Origin: Candidatus Saccharimonadales bacterium
GTDB lineage: Bacteria; Patescibacteriota; Saccharimonadia; Saccharimonadales; EFPC-124
Direction of reading: 5' to 3'
Length of the DNA: 64,000 nt
NCBI GenBank assembly: GCA_035457345.1
Contig: DATIBT010000033.1
Span: 2,390-66,389, forward strand
Shown: piece after piece, positions 56,280-64,000 of the stretch
How the letters are laid out: each line of letters opens with the position of its first letter
Position numbering within the stretch: the first letter of the stretch is position 1
Translations under genes and position numbers: made by a program
The notes under the pieces: generated by a model
Seen by the model: the letters and a program-made list of their open reading frames with translations, nothing else
The model's database searches: none
What the model was told of the DNA's origin: nothing

Positions 56280-56579
56280 TTAGTGCTGTGCGGCAAGCGC
56301 CGTTGCAACAACGTGCGAACACATCCTACTACCGCCAGAAGTACTGCCGGTAGACCCGCAGGTGCACTGCCAGCTCAGCCCGAAAGCGCTGCTGGCCAGA
56401 ACGGTGTTGTACGTTTGTTGTAGGGTAGGATCGGCGATCTGTCCATCGATGCGCGCATCTTCTATATGCGTTGCCCGTGCCTGATTTTGGCTGAAGTATT
56501 CTTGCCCCTGTTGCATGTCCTGCGTTGACGCGTGGGTGCGCAGTGTGTTGTTGTCAATGAGCGTTCTCGCTGGTTGCAT
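56280..56579 (-). CDS. SWIM zinc-finger protein
   Basis: WQCTCG...MCSHVVA (CxC...CxH). Confidence 0.75.
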   Translation of the reverse strand: MQPARTLIDNNTLRTHASTQDMQQGQEYFSQNQARATHIEDARIDGQIADPTLQQTYNTVLASSAFGLSWQCTCGSTGSTSGGSRMCSHVVATALAAQH

Positions 56580-56676
56580 ACTTCGTGTACCATTCTCCTG
56601 TTACTTGCTACAATGGAATTATGATCTAGTATTGCAAACCCAGCTGTGAAAAATCTTAATCTCGAGGACAGTTGTT

Positions 56677-57936
56677 ATGCATGATAAAGAAATTGAAACG
56701 TTAATTCAGGCCGAAATCGCCCGCCAGACAAACGGCCTGGAGATGATCCCAAGCGAAAACCACACGTCTGGCGATGTGCTCAAAGCCCTAGGGTCTCGTT
56801 TAACCGATAAATACTCCGAAGGCTACCCCGGCAAGCGCTACTACGGCGGCTGTGAAGTTGTTGACCAGGTAGAGAACTTGGCTCGCGACCGTGCCAAGGC
56901 GTTATTCGGCGTGAACCATGTGAATGTGCAGGCATATAGTGGTAGCCCGGCAAATATGGCGGTGTACTACGCATTGTGCGATCCGGGCGACACAGTCATG
57001 GGCCTTCAATTGTACTTCGGCGGTCACATGACGCACGGGCTCAAAGTGAACTTTAGCGGCAAGTGGTTTAACAGCGTACAATACCAAACAGGCAAAGATG
57101 GCTACCTAGATTACAATGCCATTGCGGACCTTGCCGCTCAGCACAAGCCCAAGCTTATTGTTGTGGGCGCTACTGCTTACCCGCGCATTTTTGACTGGAA
57201 GCGGTTGCGAGACATTGCCGACACGTGCGGCGCCTATTTGCTTGCGGATATCTCGCATATTGCCGGGTTGGTGGTGGCTGGTGAGCATCCATCGCCAGTG
57301 GGAATTGCAGATGTCGTTACTACGACGACGCATAAGACTCTTCGGGGTCCACGCGGCGCGCTTATTATGTGCAACGGTAATCCGTCTAATCCGCTCAAAG
57401 CAGTGGATCGTAGCCGCGAGAATTTACCCACGCTTATTGACCGGGCAATCATTCCCGGTTTGCAAGGCGGCCCGCATAACCACCAGACGGCAGCCATTGC
57501 TGTTGCACTGCATGAAGCGGCGCAACCTTCCTTTACGGAGTACGGACGCCAAATAGTAAAAAATGCCAAACGATTGGCAGAAAATCTTTCTAGCCGGGGC
57601 TACGAGTTAGTGACCGGCGGCACCGACAACCATCTGCTCCTCGTTGATTTAACGAACAAAGGGGTGACTGGCGCCGAGGTCGAGTCGGCACTCGGCAAGG
57701 CTGGTATTACGGTGAATAAAAATACGGTGCCATTTGACCCACGCCCGCCGTTCAGCCCAAGTGGGATCAGGCTAGGCACGCCGGCACTTACGACCCGCGG
57801 CCTAAAAGAGGCTGAGATGGATAAGGTTGCTGAATGGATTGATACTGCTGTAGCCGCCAGAGGTGACGATACCAAGCTATCTACCATTCACAAAGAAATA
57901 ACAGAATTCACAAAAGCGTTTCCGTTGCCAAACTAG
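56677..57936 (+). CDS. glyA: Serine hydroxymethyltransferase
   Basis: IPSEN, KYSEGYPGKRYY, TTTHKTLRGPRG and SGIRLGT motifs. Confidence 0.98.
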   Translation: MHDKEIETLIQAEIARQTNGLEMIPSENHTSGDVLKALGSRLTDKYSEGYPGKRYYGGCEVVDQVENLARDRAKALFGVNHVNVQAYSGSPANMAVYYALCDPGDTVMGLQLYFGGHMTHGLKVNFSGKWFNSVQYQTGKDGYLDYNAIADLAAQHKPKLIVVGATAYPRIFDWKRLRDIADTCGAYLLADISHIAGLVVAGEHPSPVGIADVVTTTTHKTLRGPRGALIMCNGNPSNPLKAVDRSRENLPTLIDRAIIPGLQGGPHNHQTAAIAVALHEAAQPSFTEYGRQIVKNAKRLAENLSSRGYELVTGGTDNHLLLVDLTNKGVTGAEVESALGKAGITVNKNTVPFDPRPPFSPSGIRLGTPALTTRGLKEAEMDKVAEWIDTAVAARGDDTKLSTIHKEITEFTKAFPLPN

Positions 57937-58030
57937 AAGCGGGGCCCGCGATCTCTTATTGTGTTCGAGACCGCGGGCCGAGCCCTACGACTGGGCGGAT
58001 GGGCCACTTGTTTGGCGCCGCCCGGTAGCG

Positions 58031-58630
58031 TCAGCCACCCGAGTTGCTTCGACCGGCGCCGATGAGGACGTTTTCACCCGTGACGGACGAGGCGTCTGGC
58101 GCGGGCGGTTCGGCCGTCAGCGCCTTGGCACTGGTGATGCCGCGTGCGGCCTCGACACTGGAGCGCAGGACGTACCGGAACGCGAGGTGTCGGCCGATAC
58201 CGAAGCGTGGCTTCACGTACCTGAGCAGTGTGTCGGCCAGCTCGGGCTCACCCATGAAGATGAGCGCCAGTCGCTCTGGCGTGGCATATAGCTGCACGTG
58301 ACCACGGTCCGACGGACTCCATGAGCCCGGCGTTTGGGTGAGGACGTTGGTCAGGCGGCTGACGAGCGCACCCTCGTCTTGGCCGATGGCAGCCTTGATC
58401 GCGCGGTTGTCGGTGCCGCCGTACGTGATCTTCATGCCCATGCCGCGGGCGGTCAGGAGCAGGTCACGCACGACAGCCTGCATGCTGGTGACTTCGCTTC
58501 GCAGGTGCATCACCAGAGGTTCCTGGCTAGACCGGCGGATCTTGCTGATCGCGTTCCCCGCAGCCCACACCGGCAGGGTGGAGGCAAGCAGGATGGCGAC
58601 CGGATTGTAAAGCAGATCTTGCGGGGACAT
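58031..58630 (-). CDS. GC-rich hypothetical protein with N-terminal hydrophobic helix
   Basis: GAAAGG RBS before MSPQD; TTGACA-17 nt-TATAAC promoter at about 58720-58748; 43/60 G+C in line 58081. Confidence 0.7.
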   Translation of the reverse strand: MSPQDLLYNPVAILLASTLPVWAAGNAISKIRRSSQEPLVMHLRSEVTSMQAVVRDLLLTARGMGMKITYGGTDNRAIKAAIGQDEGALVSRLTNVLTQTPGSWSPSDRGHVQLYATPERLALIFMGEPELADTLLRYVKPRFGIGRHLAFRYVLRSSVEAARGITSAKALTAEPPAPDASSVTGENVLIGAGRSNSGG

Positions 58631-58772
58631 AGCAGCCTTTCGGCCATAGCTCGCGAGGGGCCAACTATTGGCATCGCACGCCACCAATGGCTTCAGTAGC
58701 GATCGTAGAGCTTTTGTTGTTATAGTCTTTTTTAGTTTTAGTGTCAAGATAAAACGCGAGAGAGTTAGGAAT

Positions 58773-58793
58773 GCCCGCGGCTAGGCCGCGGGC
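58773..58793 (-). terminator. GC-rich hairpin
   Basis: GCCCGCGGC-tag-GCCGCGGGC. Confidence 0.6.
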
Positions 58794-58851
58794 TTCCCTA
58801 CGCTGTTGCACATGCACTGTTAGCGTGGCCCCGGGGTGGTGGGCCACGGTG

Positions 58852-59613
58852 TTACTCGGAACGAGGGGGGCCGGTGTCGGGGCTGTTTGCCCTATTGTTG
58901 TTACCGATGGTTGGCTGTTCACCAGTGCTTCCGGTGTGATTTGCCAGTGCCTCCTGAAAGAACCCGAGGCCTTGGGTGTTCTCCACGAGGGTTGCCAGAG
59001 GGCCTTCTGGCGGTACTGCCACCTCTTCGGTAGGCGGTACTGGCGGTGCCGAGATGGGAACAGAGAGGAGAACATCTCCGTCCGAAGTGACTGGGGTGGC
59101 CGTACGCGGCTCTCTCGTAGGAACGGGGTTCGGCCTGGCGAACCGTTCGCGGCCCGTCACGGCTTCGGGGTCCGGGGTGGTCGGCGACGGTGCAACCGGC
59201 ATGGGAAGCTGGTCACCCGAGGGGCTGATCCCGCTTTCCAGCAGGCGCGTTCTGCTGAGATCCCTCCCCAGATGAGGGAACTGGCTGTAGACGAACTCAA
59301 GCGCGGTTCGTACAGCAACTGCCACGTCCTCTCTGCGCCGTTCCGCTGCGGCCGCCAGATCTTCGTCGCGTTGGAGCAAGAGATCCTTATATGTGTCCTC
59401 CGCGGCTTTTCGTAACTTCTCGTGGTCGGCCCGGACGGTGTGGTACCCGGCCATCGCTCCTTCGATCTGGTTGGCTAGGGTCACAATGTCTTCGTCGATC
59501 TCACGTACTCGCCGCCCCGTCTCCCAGGCAATGACTGCCCGGACGAGGCTTGTGACGATCAGGATGGCAATGCCAATCAGCGTGAGCCATTGGAAGGTAG
59601 AAAAGGTAGAGAT
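58852..59613 (-). CDS. GC-rich membrane-anchored coiled-coil / Pro-rich protein, probable ATC start
   Basis: The ORF extends 43 codons upstream of the GTG at 59484 through a TM helix to GAGGAG-6 nt-ATC. Confidence 0.65.
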   Translation of the reverse strand: MSTFSTFQWLTLIGIAILIVTSLVRAVIAWETGRRVREIDEDIVTLANQIEGAMAGYHTVRADHEKLRKAAEDTYKDLLLQRDEDLAAAAERRREDVAVAVRTALEFVYSQFPHLGRDLSRTRLLESGISPSGDQLPMPVAPSPTTPDPEAVTGRERFARPNPVPTREPRTATPVTSDGDVLLSVPISAPPVPPTEEVAVPPEGPLATLVENTQGLGFFQEALANHTGSTGEQPTIGNNNRANSPDTGPPRSE

Positions 59614-59734
59614 GACGGACTCCTCTTCCTTGTAGTGTGCATGCTCTAAACGGCTAAGCCGTCCGCGCTTCTGAGCGCCTTGCGTAGAGCGACCGTATTT
59701 TATACTTATTAGATGTGATGGTCAAGCCTTTGGG

Positions 59735-60760
59735 CTATAGCACTTGTGGTTCGCGTGCCAGCTGAATGCCGAACTTTTGTTGTACTGCGTCGATAATTTT
59801 TTGCTCGAACTTTAGTGCATCGGCCGTACTTTTTGCATGCTCATTCACTAAAACCAGTGCTTGGGCAGGCCAGGTTGCCATGCCTGTTTCTGTATCGTGT
59901 GCGGCTTTAAACCCTGCTTCTTGTACTAGCCAGGCAGCGGGAATTTTGTATGCGCCATCACCGACTGGCCAATAGGTGAGGTCGGGGTAGGCTGCTTGCA
60001 GTGCCTCAAGTTGCGGCTGGGAAATGATGGGGTTTGCAAAAAAAGAGCCATTGTTTGCAATCTTTTTAGGGTCTGGCAGCTTGGCGGTGCGCACGGCAAT
60101 CACTGCTTCTCGGAGGGTGCGCGGGGTGAATTCAGTTATGTGATGCTCATCTAAATAGCGCTGTAGCGGAGGGTAGAACGGCGGCTGCGGATTCCCTTTT
60201 TCAAGGTCGAGTACAATAGAAGTGATAAAAAATCTTCCGTGGTCATTCGTTTTAAACCGGCTGCTGCGGTAGGTGAGTTCGCATTCTTCTTTTGGAATGG
60301 TAACCATACGGTTAGATTGGGCGTCGTAAGCATGCACCTCAACCAACGTGTTTGCAATCTCTTGGGAGTAGGCGCCCACGTTTTGCACCGGCGTTGCACC
60401 GGCCGTGCCTGGTATGAGGCTGAGATTTTCGATGCCGGATAGTCCGTGTTCGGCAGTTCGGGCTACAATATCGTCCCATATCTCGCCGGCACCAATTGTT
60501 AGACGGTAGTGCGTGTCGTTAAGTTGCTCTTCGCGGTAGCCTTTTATTTCATTCACGAGCACCAGGCCCGGAAAGCCCGCATCATTCCATAAAATGTTGC
60601 TGCCGCCGCCAATCATGACCACGGGGAGTTTTTTGCCCTGGGCCCAGGCAATAGCTTCTTTCAGTTCATCTTCTGTGTGTATGTGAGCAAGGTAGGCTGC
60701 ATTGCCGCCCAGCCGCATGGTAGAGTAGGCTTTTAGCGAAACATCTGATTGAATCTGCAT
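59735..60760 (-). CDS. murB: UDP-N-acetylmuramate dehydrogenase MurB
   Basis: IGGGSN, IPGTAGATPVQNVGAY, YRSSRFK, NNGSFFANP and QALVLVN motifs. Confidence 0.96.
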   Translation of the reverse strand: MQIQSDVSLKAYSTMRLGGNAAYLAHIHTEDELKEAIAWAQGKKLPVVMIGGGSNILWNDAGFPGLVLVNEIKGYREEQLNDTHYRLTIGAGEIWDDIVARTAEHGLSGIENLSLIPGTAGATPVQNVGAYSQEIANTLVEVHAYDAQSNRMVTIPKEECELTYRSSRFKTNDHGRFFITSIVLDLEKGNPQPPFYPPLQRYLDEHHITEFTPRTLREAVIAVRTAKLPDPKKIANNGSFFANPIISQPQLEALQAAYPDLTYWPVGDGAYKIPAAWLVQEAGFKAAHDTETGMATWPAQALVLVNEHAKSTADALKFEQKIIDAVQQKFGIQLAREPQVL

Positions 60761-60787
60761 AATTACCCATTATACTGTACTAAGTAT

Positions 60788-60863
60788 GCGCCCGTAGCTC
60801 AGGGGATAGAGCGTTGGTTTCCGGTACCAAAAGTCGTAGGTTCGAATCCTACCGGGCGTACCA
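60788..60863 (+). tRNA. tRNA-Arg(CCG)
   Basis: GCGCCCG...CGGGCGT-ACCA; anticodon loop TTCCGGT. Confidence 0.95.
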
Positions 60864-60873
60864 GAACGGAATT

Positions 60874-61173
60874 ATGGAAAGATTATTTACTTACGGAACA
60901 TTGCAAGACCCGGAGGTTCAGAAGCAGGTTTTTGGACGTGTTGCCGATATGCATAGTGATGCGCTCAAGGGATATCGCAAAAGCGTCATCAAGCTTAAGG
61001 GAAAGGTCTATCCAATCGCCGTATACGACGCTAGCTCCCTAATAGAGGGTATGACCTTAGAAGCTACCCAAGAAGAGATCCTCATGATGGATAAATACGA
61101 AACATCGGCCTACAAAAGGATTGAGGTCACCCTTGCGAGCGGCCAACGCGCATGGGTGTATTGTCGACCATGA
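60874..61173 (+). CDS. Gamma-glutamylcyclotransferase (AIG2-like) family protein
   Basis: LFTYGTL, DKYE..AYKR and AWVY motifs. Confidence 0.88.
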   Translation: MERLFTYGTLQDPEVQKQVFGRVADMHSDALKGYRKSVIKLKGKVYPIAVYDASSLIEGMTLEATQEEILMMDKYETSAYKRIEVTLASGQRAWVYCRP

Positions 61174-61226
61174 ATGGTATAAATAGGGTATTATTTAATT
61201 AGAACCATAAACGGAATAATTAAGGG

Positions 61227-63404
61227 ATGGGCCGACTTCCAATACCTGGATCTGATAGCGGTACTTGGGGCTCCATACTCAATACTTTTTTAAGTGTCGA
61301 GCATGCCGCAGACGGAAGCTTGAAGATCCGCAGTGACGGCACGCTAACTGCCGCCCAGAATGCTGTCCAAAAAGGCACGCTTATTCTGAACGCCGCTGAT
61401 TACGGGGCGGTTGCCGATAACGCCACCGATGCACGTACGGCAATTCAAAACGCCATCGATGCTGCAAGTGCTGCCGGGGGCGGCGCGGTATATATTCCAG
61501 CGGGAACGTACCGTGTTGCATCTGCTCTGACTATCAAAAGCCGGGTCATTATTGTAGGGGCTGGCAAGGGTGCGACTATCCTAAACGCTCCTTCGAATGC
61601 CTTGTTTAACTTTAGTGGCAATACCCAGCGGTGGGGCCTGCGCCATCTGACCGGCAGAGCGACCGGGGGCCATATATTTGCCGGTTCGTTTAATGTATTT
61701 GAGGTAGTAATAGCTGAGTGTGAGTTTAGTGTACTCTCGGCTGGGTCTTCTATTTGGTTCCAGAACTCCGGGCAGTATATTCAGGTTATTTTCCGTGACT
61801 GCTACTTGTATGCGGGCGGCACACCGCGCACCACGCCGGCAATAGATCTTACCGATCCTGGCGGCGCATTTAACGAGAATATATTTGAAAACTGTACGTG
61901 CGAGACAGAGGCAAGTTCCTCACAGTATTTTTTCCGGTTGCGCTGTACCTCAACGGGCGATTATTCCTACAACAATACGCTGCGCAATATTATTTTCGAA
62001 GTCTGTGATGGCGGCGGTGTGCGGGCGGAGTCGCAGTTTGGCTTAACGCTCGACGGCTGCCAGGCATGGGACAACACTACTATTCAAAATGACTTCTTCA
62101 GTATTGGCAAAACGGGTGTCAGCGGATTGGGCAGCCGCCGTACGGTGGTGCGAAACAGTGGGCGCATTGGCAATTCTTTGGGCGGGGGTTTGTACGACCT
62201 AACACTAGATGTCAGTACGCAGCAGACAACAATAGACAGTTTTCGCTGCGCCCCAGACAACGCTCGTATAAATTTGGGTGATTCGGATTACGTGCATATT
62301 GTTAATAAGTCGCCGGGGACGACTATCATCGGTACGGCGGAGTATATCGCATACCGTGGTGAAGGCAGTGCATCGACCGATTTCCTAGCAAGTGGTTCAG
62401 TCGCGGGCGATACTCGCCAGCGTGCCGTCATACGCATGAGCGGTGCGTTAGAAATGGGCGATGGTACAAACCCGCGGGACACTAATTTATATAGGCAAGC
62501 GGCGGGTGAACTGCGGAGCGACGGCACCCTCGATCTTGGCGCCAACCTGCGTGTGCATGGTGGCAGCATTGTGCTGAACGACACAAACCTTTACCGGTCC
62601 GCCGCGGCCCAATTGACTACCGATAATGAGTTAATTGTGGGCACCACGCTGAGTGTGAATGGCGGTACGGCCTCTATTACAAATGATCCCAACACCAACC
62701 GTGAGCTCAATCTGGGGAGCCGTTGGGGCATGCGCGCCGATAACGGTTCTGAATCTGGGGGGAATGCTGGTTCCGATTTTCGACTGGTTCGGTATTCTGA
62801 TACTGGGGTAGCGTTAGACAACCCTATTTTTGTAAAGCGTTCAAACGGATTCGTATCAGTCAGCGGTAGTACTGACCCGCAAACCAATCTGGAGGTAGGC
62901 AGCGCGACTTCCGGAACGGTGGGCATGCGTATCTACCGGGGGGCTACGACGAATTTCGCGAGCTTGCTGTTCTCAACTGCTTCGACTGACCGCTGGGGAT
63001 TGCAAATGTTGAACGATTCGACGCAGAACCTTTATCTGCGTGATGTGGCAAATGGCCGAACCCTTATTGCCCTCGGAGCGACTACCGGGGCAGCCACCAT
63101 ACCGAACGGATTTGCCAGGGGAAGAACCGCGGTCAATGATGCGAATTACTTGGTCGTAACAACAGATAGCAAAGTGTGCTACACGGCACTTTCTGCGGCG
63201 CGTACTGTTACGCTGCCTGCGGCTTCATCCATGCCGGGTCAAGAATTGGTTGTTAAGGACGAGTCAGGAAGTTGCAGCGGTGTGAACACTATAACGACCA
63301 CCCCGTCTTCTGGAACAATCGATGGTGCTGCAAGTTTAGCTATTAGTACGGCTTATGGCGTACTAAGGATATATTCCAACGGTACGCAGTGGTTCAGCGC
63401 GTAA
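61227..63404 (+). CDS. Tailspike-like beta-helix (pectate lyase 3-like) protein with phage tail-fibre-like C-terminus
   Basis: DYGAVAD..TD..AIQNAID...GGAVYIPAGTY; DTNLYR repeats; TVTLPAAS...VVKDESG...YSNGTQWF; no signal peptide. Confidence 0.8.
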   Translation: MGRLPIPGSDSGTWGSILNTFLSVEHAADGSLKIRSDGTLTAAQNAVQKGTLILNAADYGAVADNATDARTAIQNAIDAASAAGGGAVYIPAGTYRVASALTIKSRVIIVGAGKGATILNAPSNALFNFSGNTQRWGLRHLTGRATGGHIFAGSFNVFEVVIAECEFSVLSAGSSIWFQNSGQYIQVIFRDCYLYAGGTPRTTPAIDLTDPGGAFNENIFENCTCETEASSSQYFFRLRCTSTGDYSYNNTLRNIIFEVCDGGGVRAESQFGLTLDGCQAWDNTTIQNDFFSIGKTGVSGLGSRRTVVRNSGRIGNSLGGGLYDLTLDVSTQQTTIDSFRCAPDNARINLGDSDYVHIVNKSPGTTIIGTAEYIAYRGEGSASTDFLASGSVAGDTRQRAVIRMSGALEMGDGTNPRDTNLYRQAAGELRSDGTLDLGANLRVHGGSIVLNDTNLYRSAAAQLTTDNELIVGTTLSVNGGTASITNDPNTNRELNLGSRWGMRADNGSESGGNAGSDFRLVRYSDTGVALDNPIFVKRSNGFVSVSGSTDPQTNLEVGSATSGTVGMRIYRGATTNFASLLFSTASTDRWGLQMLNDSTQNLYLRDVANGRTLIALGATTGAATIPNGFARGRTAVNDANYLVVTTDSKVCYTALSAARTVTLPAASSMPGQELVVKDESGSCSGVNTITTTPSSGTIDGAASLAISTAYGVLRIYSNGTQWFSA

Positions 63405-63484
63405 AGTTATCTCGTAGCCGTATTGACAAGCGGCATAAGGCGCAAGCATTATAAGCTTAAGGTTTAAGCAAGGATAAGGGTAAA

Positions 63485-64000
63485 ATGGCGAGTCTTATTG
63501 AAGAGATCCGAAACGCACCGCGCTCCGACAAAATTATAGCAGCCATTGTTGCCCTCAGCGTGGCGATTACCGGCTACACATTTATGATTACCCGGGCCGT
63601 CGGGCCATTCACTGCCATTGAGGCCGAAGCGGGTACCGTTAGCGGTGCGGCGAAAGTTATCACTGACTCGACCGCATCAGGGGGTAAGGCCCTCCAATTT
63701 GGCGTAACGGATTCCACTCCGCCAACCACGAGCGCAATGAGCGTGAGAATTTCCGGTAATAAATTTATAGACAAAGATAATCAAACGCTCCGTCTGATCG
63801 GTGTAAACTTTTCTGGCATGCAATACGCGTGCGCTGAAGGCTGGGGATTTTATGATGCACCTGCAACAGACGCAACAATTACCGCATTGAAATCTTGGGG
63901 AATCACCGCTGTTCGCGTGCCGCTGAACGAAAGCTGCTGGCTCAATATTAATGGAGTTGCAGCGGCGTATGGTGGTGCCAATTACCAAAAAGCAGTCGGA
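63485..64000 (+). CDS. Membrane-anchored GH5 glycoside hydrolase (partial, runs off the window)
   Basis: Manual translation: TM, IEAEAG...ASGGKALQFG, then GNKFID..LRLIGVNFSGMQYAC...WGITAVRVPLNESCW. Confidence 0.85.
   Translation, partial: MASLIEEIRNAPRSDKIIAAIVALSVAITGYTFMITRAVGPFTAIEAEAGTVSGAAKVITDSTASGGKALQFGVTDSTPPTTSAMSVRISGNKFIDKDNQTLRLIGVNFSGMQYACAEGWGFYDAPATDATITALKSWGITAVRVPLNESCWLNINGVAAAYGGANYQKAVG

Noticed and set aside
1-64000. CRISPR array, integrase, transposase or prophage
   Set aside because: No regularly spaced repeats and no recombinase or phage structural genes were recognised, and no tRNA 3'-end duplication was noticed by eye.
1-64000. Alternative genetic code (TGA = Gly)
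   Set aside because: Conserved genes are full-length under code 11, and several end in TGA with coupled starts.

Overview
This is chromosomal DNA from a small-genome bacterium, most consistent with Candidatus Saccharibacteria (TM7, Patescibacteria/CPR). The call rests on the short TsaB, the HTH-MurA fusion, a membrane-anchored Clp ATPase, abundant type IV pilus genes and a sortase; translation follows the standard code. Housekeeping genes are the ruvB 3' end, recA-recX, tsaE-tsaB, rny, ymdB, murA, glyA, murB and six tRNAs. There are two type IV pilus loci. One is a core pilB-pilC-pilin-minor pilins-pilMNO locus (9.2-19.2 kb). The second (36.3-44.0 kb) directly follows two histidine kinases, two paralogous multi-TM proteins and two stand-alone receiver proteins. 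Surface and glycan-active proteins include two GH5 enzymes, a lamin-tail protein and a tailspike-like beta-helix protein. The most unusual signals are: (1) eight scattered GC-rich monocistronic genes with Shine-Dalgarno leaders and GC-rich 3' hairpins, including two tandem stand-alone RNA polymerase alpha-CTD-like proteins, a divergent FtsH and a divergent ROK protein, whereas many native genes look leaderless; (2) an 11-bp motif, AA(C/G/T)CATAAGCG, in five intergenic regions upstream of pilus and surface genes; (3) an apparently split CBM-like domain shared between surface proteins; (4) a palindromic operator over the HTH-murA promoter; (5) a probable ATC start codon. All functional calls come from motif recognition by eye; no searches were run.
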